Origin: an uncultured virus (IMG/VR IMGVR_UViG_3300042894_005760)
Lineage: Duplodnaviria; Heunggongvirae; Uroviricota; Caudoviricetes
Virus record (IMG/VR): IMGVR_UViG_3300042894_005760
DNA length: 64,000 nt
Direction: 5' to 3' (one strand)
Shown here: positions 60,871 through 64,000 of the stretch, one piece after another
Position numbering within the stretch: the first letter of the stretch is position 1
Layout of the letters: every line of letters begins with the position of its first letter
Made by a program: the position numbers and the translations under genes
Notes under the pieces: generated by a model
What the model saw: only the letters and a program-made list of their open reading frames with translations
Database searches by the model: none
Told to the model about the DNA's origin: nothing

Positions 60871-61221
60871 ATGCAATTAAAAATTAATAGACTATCATAT
60901 CAAAAGTTATGTGTACATAACACCGTTGAAATCAAGTGTGATGAAAAACACATTGGTTATTATGATATTAGTACTACTTATAAAATATTAGAAGATAATT
61001 TATTACAAATGTTATATTCTGATAGATTTATTACAAAACTTAGTAATATTTATGGAATAAAGAAAAAGTATATTCAAATGAAATTAAAAAGTTCGGATGA
61101 TATAACCCTTGAAAACACTAGCTATCCCGGTACTAAGATAGTTTTTGAGGTAGAATTTAATGATCCTATTTGGTTTATAAAATATAATAGAGATTTGAAA
61201 ATCAGACAATTACTTAATTAA
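60871..61221 (+). CDS. Hypothetical protein
   Basis: 116 aa ending NRDLKIRQLLN. Confidence 0.72.
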   Translation: MQLKINRLSYQKLCVHNTVEIKCDEKHIGYYDISTTYKILEDNLLQMLYSDRFITKLSNIYGIKKKYIQMKLKSSDDITLENTSYPGTKIVFEVEFNDPIWFIKYNRDLKIRQLLN

Positions 61222-61274
61222 TAGAAATTTTTTACAATATTTTTTTAATATATAAAAGAAAAATATTGTAAATT

Positions 61275-62087
61275 ATGTTATTAAAAGTAGGTTCAAAGGG
61301 AGACGATGTTAAGAAACTCCAAGAGAAATTAGGTACTACGGCTGATGGAGATTTCGGACCAGGTACAGAGAAATTAGTAAAAGAATGGCAAACTGAAAAT
61401 GGTTTGACTGCAGATGGTCTTGTAGGTGATGGAACTTGGACAAAAATGTTTGGTTCGGCACCAGTTGCTGCACCGGTTACATCAGGAACTTTAAAGTTAG
61501 AAAAATTAAAAGGACACATTCCTGATGCAGTAATTGCACAAATTCCAGATACTGCTGCAAAATTTGGTATTACTACAAATTTAAGATTAGCTCACTTTTT
61601 ATCACAATGTGGTCATGAGTCAGGTGGTTTCAAAGCAGTTTCAGAAAACTTAAACTATTCAGCAGATGGATTAGTAAAAATATTTGGTAAATATTTTAAT
61701 GCTACTACTGCAGCAGGTTATGCAAGAAACCCAGAAAAAATTGCTTCTAAAGTTTATGCGTCAAGAATGGGTAACGGTAACGAAGCTTCAAAAGAAGGTT
61801 TCAAATTCAGAGGTAGAGGTTATATACAATTAACTGGTAAAGAAAACTATACAAAATTCGGTAAATTTATTGGAGAAGATATCGCCTCAAATCCAGATTT
61901 AGTTGCAACTAAATATCCTTTAGCTTCAGCAGCATTCTTCTTTAATTCAAACGGTCTTTGGGCTATTTGTGATAAAGGTGCAGATGATGCAACAGTTACT
62001 GCGGTAACAAAAAGAGTAAATGGTGGAACTATTGGTTTAGCTGATAGAATCAAACACTTCAAAGAGTATTATAACTTATTGAAATAA
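61275..62087 (+). CDS. Modular endolysin: PG-binding domain plus GH19
   Basis: LKVGSKGDDVKKLQ..DG.FG..T..WQ..NGL.ADG.VG; AHFLSQCGHESG, ENLNYS, FRGRG.IQLTG and VNGG. Confidence 0.95.
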   Translation: MLLKVGSKGDDVKKLQEKLGTTADGDFGPGTEKLVKEWQTENGLTADGLVGDGTWTKMFGSAPVAAPVTSGTLKLEKLKGHIPDAVIAQIPDTAAKFGITTNLRLAHFLSQCGHESGGFKAVSENLNYSADGLVKIFGKYFNATTAAGYARNPEKIASKVYASRMGNGNEASKEGFKFRGRGYIQLTGKENYTKFGKFIGEDIASNPDLVATKYPLASAAFFFNSNGLWAICDKGADDATVTAVTKRVNGGTIGLADRIKHFKEYYNLLK

Positions 62088-62088
62088 T

Positions 62089-62119
62089 AAAAAAGTCGAG
62101 TAAATCTCGACTTTTTTTA
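62089..62119. terminator. Bidirectional terminator
   Basis: A-run, GTCGAG-TAAAT-CTCGAC, T-run. Confidence 0.85.
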
Positions 62120-62791
62120 TTGTAATAACTTCTCTAGTTTTGCATTTCTCATAATACATTCATATCCAACAATAGAAACCTTAGATATAGCACTCATTAT
62201 CTTTTGTTTATTAAAAAATCCATTATAAATAGAAGTATTATCTGCATCACAGTGTGTGATTTTTAAAAATAGATTAGGTTGTAATCTAACTATAAACTTT
62301 TCAATGAATTTATTATCTTCATCACGTATTTCAATATAGAATGATTGTTCATATTCAGGTCCACAATTAAACTGTGACCTGGTAAATCCTAGCTTATCTA
62401 AGTACTCAATAACTAAGTCCTGTTTTTTATAACGACAAGTAAGTTTAGTCTCAGTATCATAGTAAGAAAATCTTGAAGGAAATCCTTCAAAAAAATCAAT
62501 ACCACCTATATGATAAGTATCATTATATTTTTCTAATTCATCATCTAACTCACCAGTAAGATAAGCTAGTTTTTCTTCTCTTGAGGAAGAATTACTTATA
62601 ACTTTTTTAGTTATTTCACTATCAAAGATAAAATAAGTTTCTCCTGTTAAAGAAGTAGTACTTTCACAATTATCTATTAGTTCTTGTGGGATTTCACTTT
62701 TTTCGTAGGTAAAAAAGGTTTCGTGTGTTTTTTCTTGTTCAGTATCTTCATCAATAAATCCAATACCTTTACCAGTGTCTATTATTTTCAT
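62117..62791 (-). CDS. Hypothetical protein
   Basis: Start moved to MKIIDTG after AAAAC-N17-TATAA; ends RNAKLEKLLQ. Confidence 0.75.
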   Translation of the reverse strand: MKIIDTGKGIGFIDEDTEQEKTHETFFTYEKSEIPQELIDNCESTTSLTGETYFIFDSEITKKVISNSSSREEKLAYLTGELDDELEKYNDTYHIGGIDFFEGFPSRFSYYDTETKLTCRYKKQDLVIEYLDKLGFTRSQFNCGPEYEQSFYIEIRDEDNKFIEKFIVRLQPNLFLKITHCDADNTSIYNGFFNKQKIMSAISKVSIVGYECIMRNAKLEKLLQ

Positions 62792-62865
62792 AGTTATTAT
62801 ATAAAAAACAAAAAAATGGTTTTTCAAATATAATATATAATTAAACAAAAAATATAGAAATATAA

Positions 62866-63207
62866 ATGAAACACTTAAAAAGATTTGAAACTTATTCAAT
62901 AAATGAAGAAGAAGGTAAAATATCACAGTTTTTTAGAGGACATGATTCAAGTGAAGATAGAGATACAAAGATGAGAGAATTCTTTAAAGAATTAGATTCT
63001 TACGAAGAACAAGCCAAAAATGATACTGAAATTGTATTTAACAGACAATCTTTAGAGAAAAAAGCCAAAGACAACAACTATAAAGGTCATTTGGAAGCTA
63101 GAGATTCTAGAAGTGGTGGTACATACATTATATATGTTGACGGTGTATCTGATTTTGGAAAACTTGCATCACTTGCTGCAAATAAAAGAAACAATCCACT
63201 AAATTAA
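62866..63207 (+). CDS. Hypothetical protein with capsid-targeting-like leader
   Basis: MKHLKRFETYSINEE. Confidence 0.78.
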   Translation: MKHLKRFETYSINEEEGKISQFFRGHDSSEDRDTKMREFFKELDSYEEQAKNDTEIVFNRQSLEKKAKDNNYKGHLEARDSRSGGTYIIYVDGVSDFGKLASLAANKRNNPLN

Positions 63208-63281
63208 GATTTTTCCTACATTATAAAAATAATATATATGATTGGTAAACACCAACCAATGAATAAAAAGTCTCGTATCTA

Positions 63282-63704
63282 TTAAGAACGAGACTTTTTT
63301 AGTATCTTTTTATCTACTTTATCTAAAGATTTTAAACCATTTTCATTGATTTTATCTAAAACATCATCAACGGTTTCGTTATCTAATCGAAATCTTCTAA
63401 ACAATTTGGGAGTAAGTGTTTCTACTTCTGGATATAATCTTTGAAGTTCACCAGAAATAACTTTGTCAGAAACATCTTTAACTTCAATTACAAAGTATTT
63501 TTTCATTATATCAACAACTCTTTTTAATTTTATAGTATCCAATCTAACGAACATTTCATCGTTATCAGAAAATCCTATATAATTAGTATCTTTTTCATTT
63601 AAAGAAAGTGCAACTTCCTCAAAAAATGGATGTGAAAAATCATTATCATCCGAATTAATGTTTTCAACATCTTCTACAATAGTTATTTGATATATTCTAT
63701 TCAT
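63282..63704 (-). CDS. Hypothetical protein with C-terminal DUF6576-like motif
   Basis: VDDVLDKINENGLKSLDKVDKKIL. Confidence 0.72.
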   Translation of the reverse strand: MNRIYQITIVEDVENINSDDNDFSHPFFEEVALSLNEKDTNYIGFSDNDEMFVRLDTIKLKRVVDIMKKYFVIEVKDVSDKVISGELQRLYPEVETLTPKLFRRFRLDNETVDDVLDKINENGLKSLDKVDKKILKKSRS

Positions 63705-63723
63705 ATCTTATATATTTATATCT

Positions 63724-63754
63724 CAAATATAAAACAAATAATTTAATTACCAAA
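63724..63754 (-). promoter_or_regulatory. Bacteroidota housekeeping-sigma promoter
   Basis: Minus strand reads TTTG-N19-TATATTTG. Confidence 0.75.
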
Positions 63755-63811
63755 ATAATTCTAACTTTTTTTGTAAAAATGTATATAAAATAAAAAATAG
63801 ACGGAAATAAA

Positions 63812-64000
63812 ATGCTAGTAGAAACAAGTTATTTAACTAATACCAAAAAGCTGGTATGTAGTTATGTTGACAAATCAGGAGAAATTAAATTAAAATACTA
63901 TGATTGGGACACCCCAATGAAATATGTATCTTGTGAAGATACAGACCCACAAAAACATGCAGAATTCAAATCTTGGGATGGTAAATCTGTAAAACAAATT
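63812..64000 (+). CDS. Truncated ORF, possibly the N-terminal subunit of the family B polymerase
   Basis: Open to the window end: MLVETSYLTNTKKLVCSYVDKSGEIKLKYYDW...FKSWDGKSVKQI; CTAAC-N18-TATAA upstream; identity tentative. Confidence 0.5.
   Translation, partial: MLVETSYLTNTKKLVCSYVDKSGEIKLKYYDWDTPMKYVSCEDTDPQKHAEFKSWDGKSVKQI

Noticed and set aside
63238..63285. 15-codon ORF MIGKHQPMNKKSRIY
   Set aside because: The ATG abuts the promoter motif, probably upstream of any start site; no other support
1..64000. Stop-codon reassignment as in some large phages
   Set aside because: Standard-code ORFs tile the window densely, and TAG and TGA end genes at sensible positions
1..64000. CRISPR array
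   Set aside because: All repeats are in-frame coding repeats or terminators; no repeat-spacer pattern

Overview
This is a very AT-rich, gene-dense segment of a T4-like (myovirus-type) jumbo bacteriophage read in the standard genetic code. The host is most likely Bacteroidota: three TTTG-N19/20-TAnnTTTG promoters, A-rich initiation regions without Shine-Dalgarno sequences, and Bacteroidota-style lipoprotein and M42 peptidase genes. It contains the 3' part of a tmRNA with an unusual T-loop and long tag. Replication genes include a split family-B polymerase, primase, UvsW, UvsY, a probable clamp and a Dam-type methylase. There is a baseplate/tail block, four peptidoglycan hydrolases and three free-standing homing endonucleases. 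Host-like genes are IF-3, ClpP, SlyD, M42 peptidase, a PlcP-like phospholipase plus glycosyltransferase, and an outer-membrane beta-barrel. Cross-gene patterns: (1) about 19 unrelated proteins, several of them enzymes, share an N-terminal MKxLKxF(E/N)..E leader resembling the T4 capsid-targeting sequence, mostly behind a TTTAATATATA promoter; (2) seven other proteins share a C-terminal RxxK(I/L)xxL(L/F) motif; (3) three promoter classes sort genes by function; (4) there is a candidate ~66-nt RNA with its own promoter and terminator. All calls come from motif recognition by eye; no searches were run.
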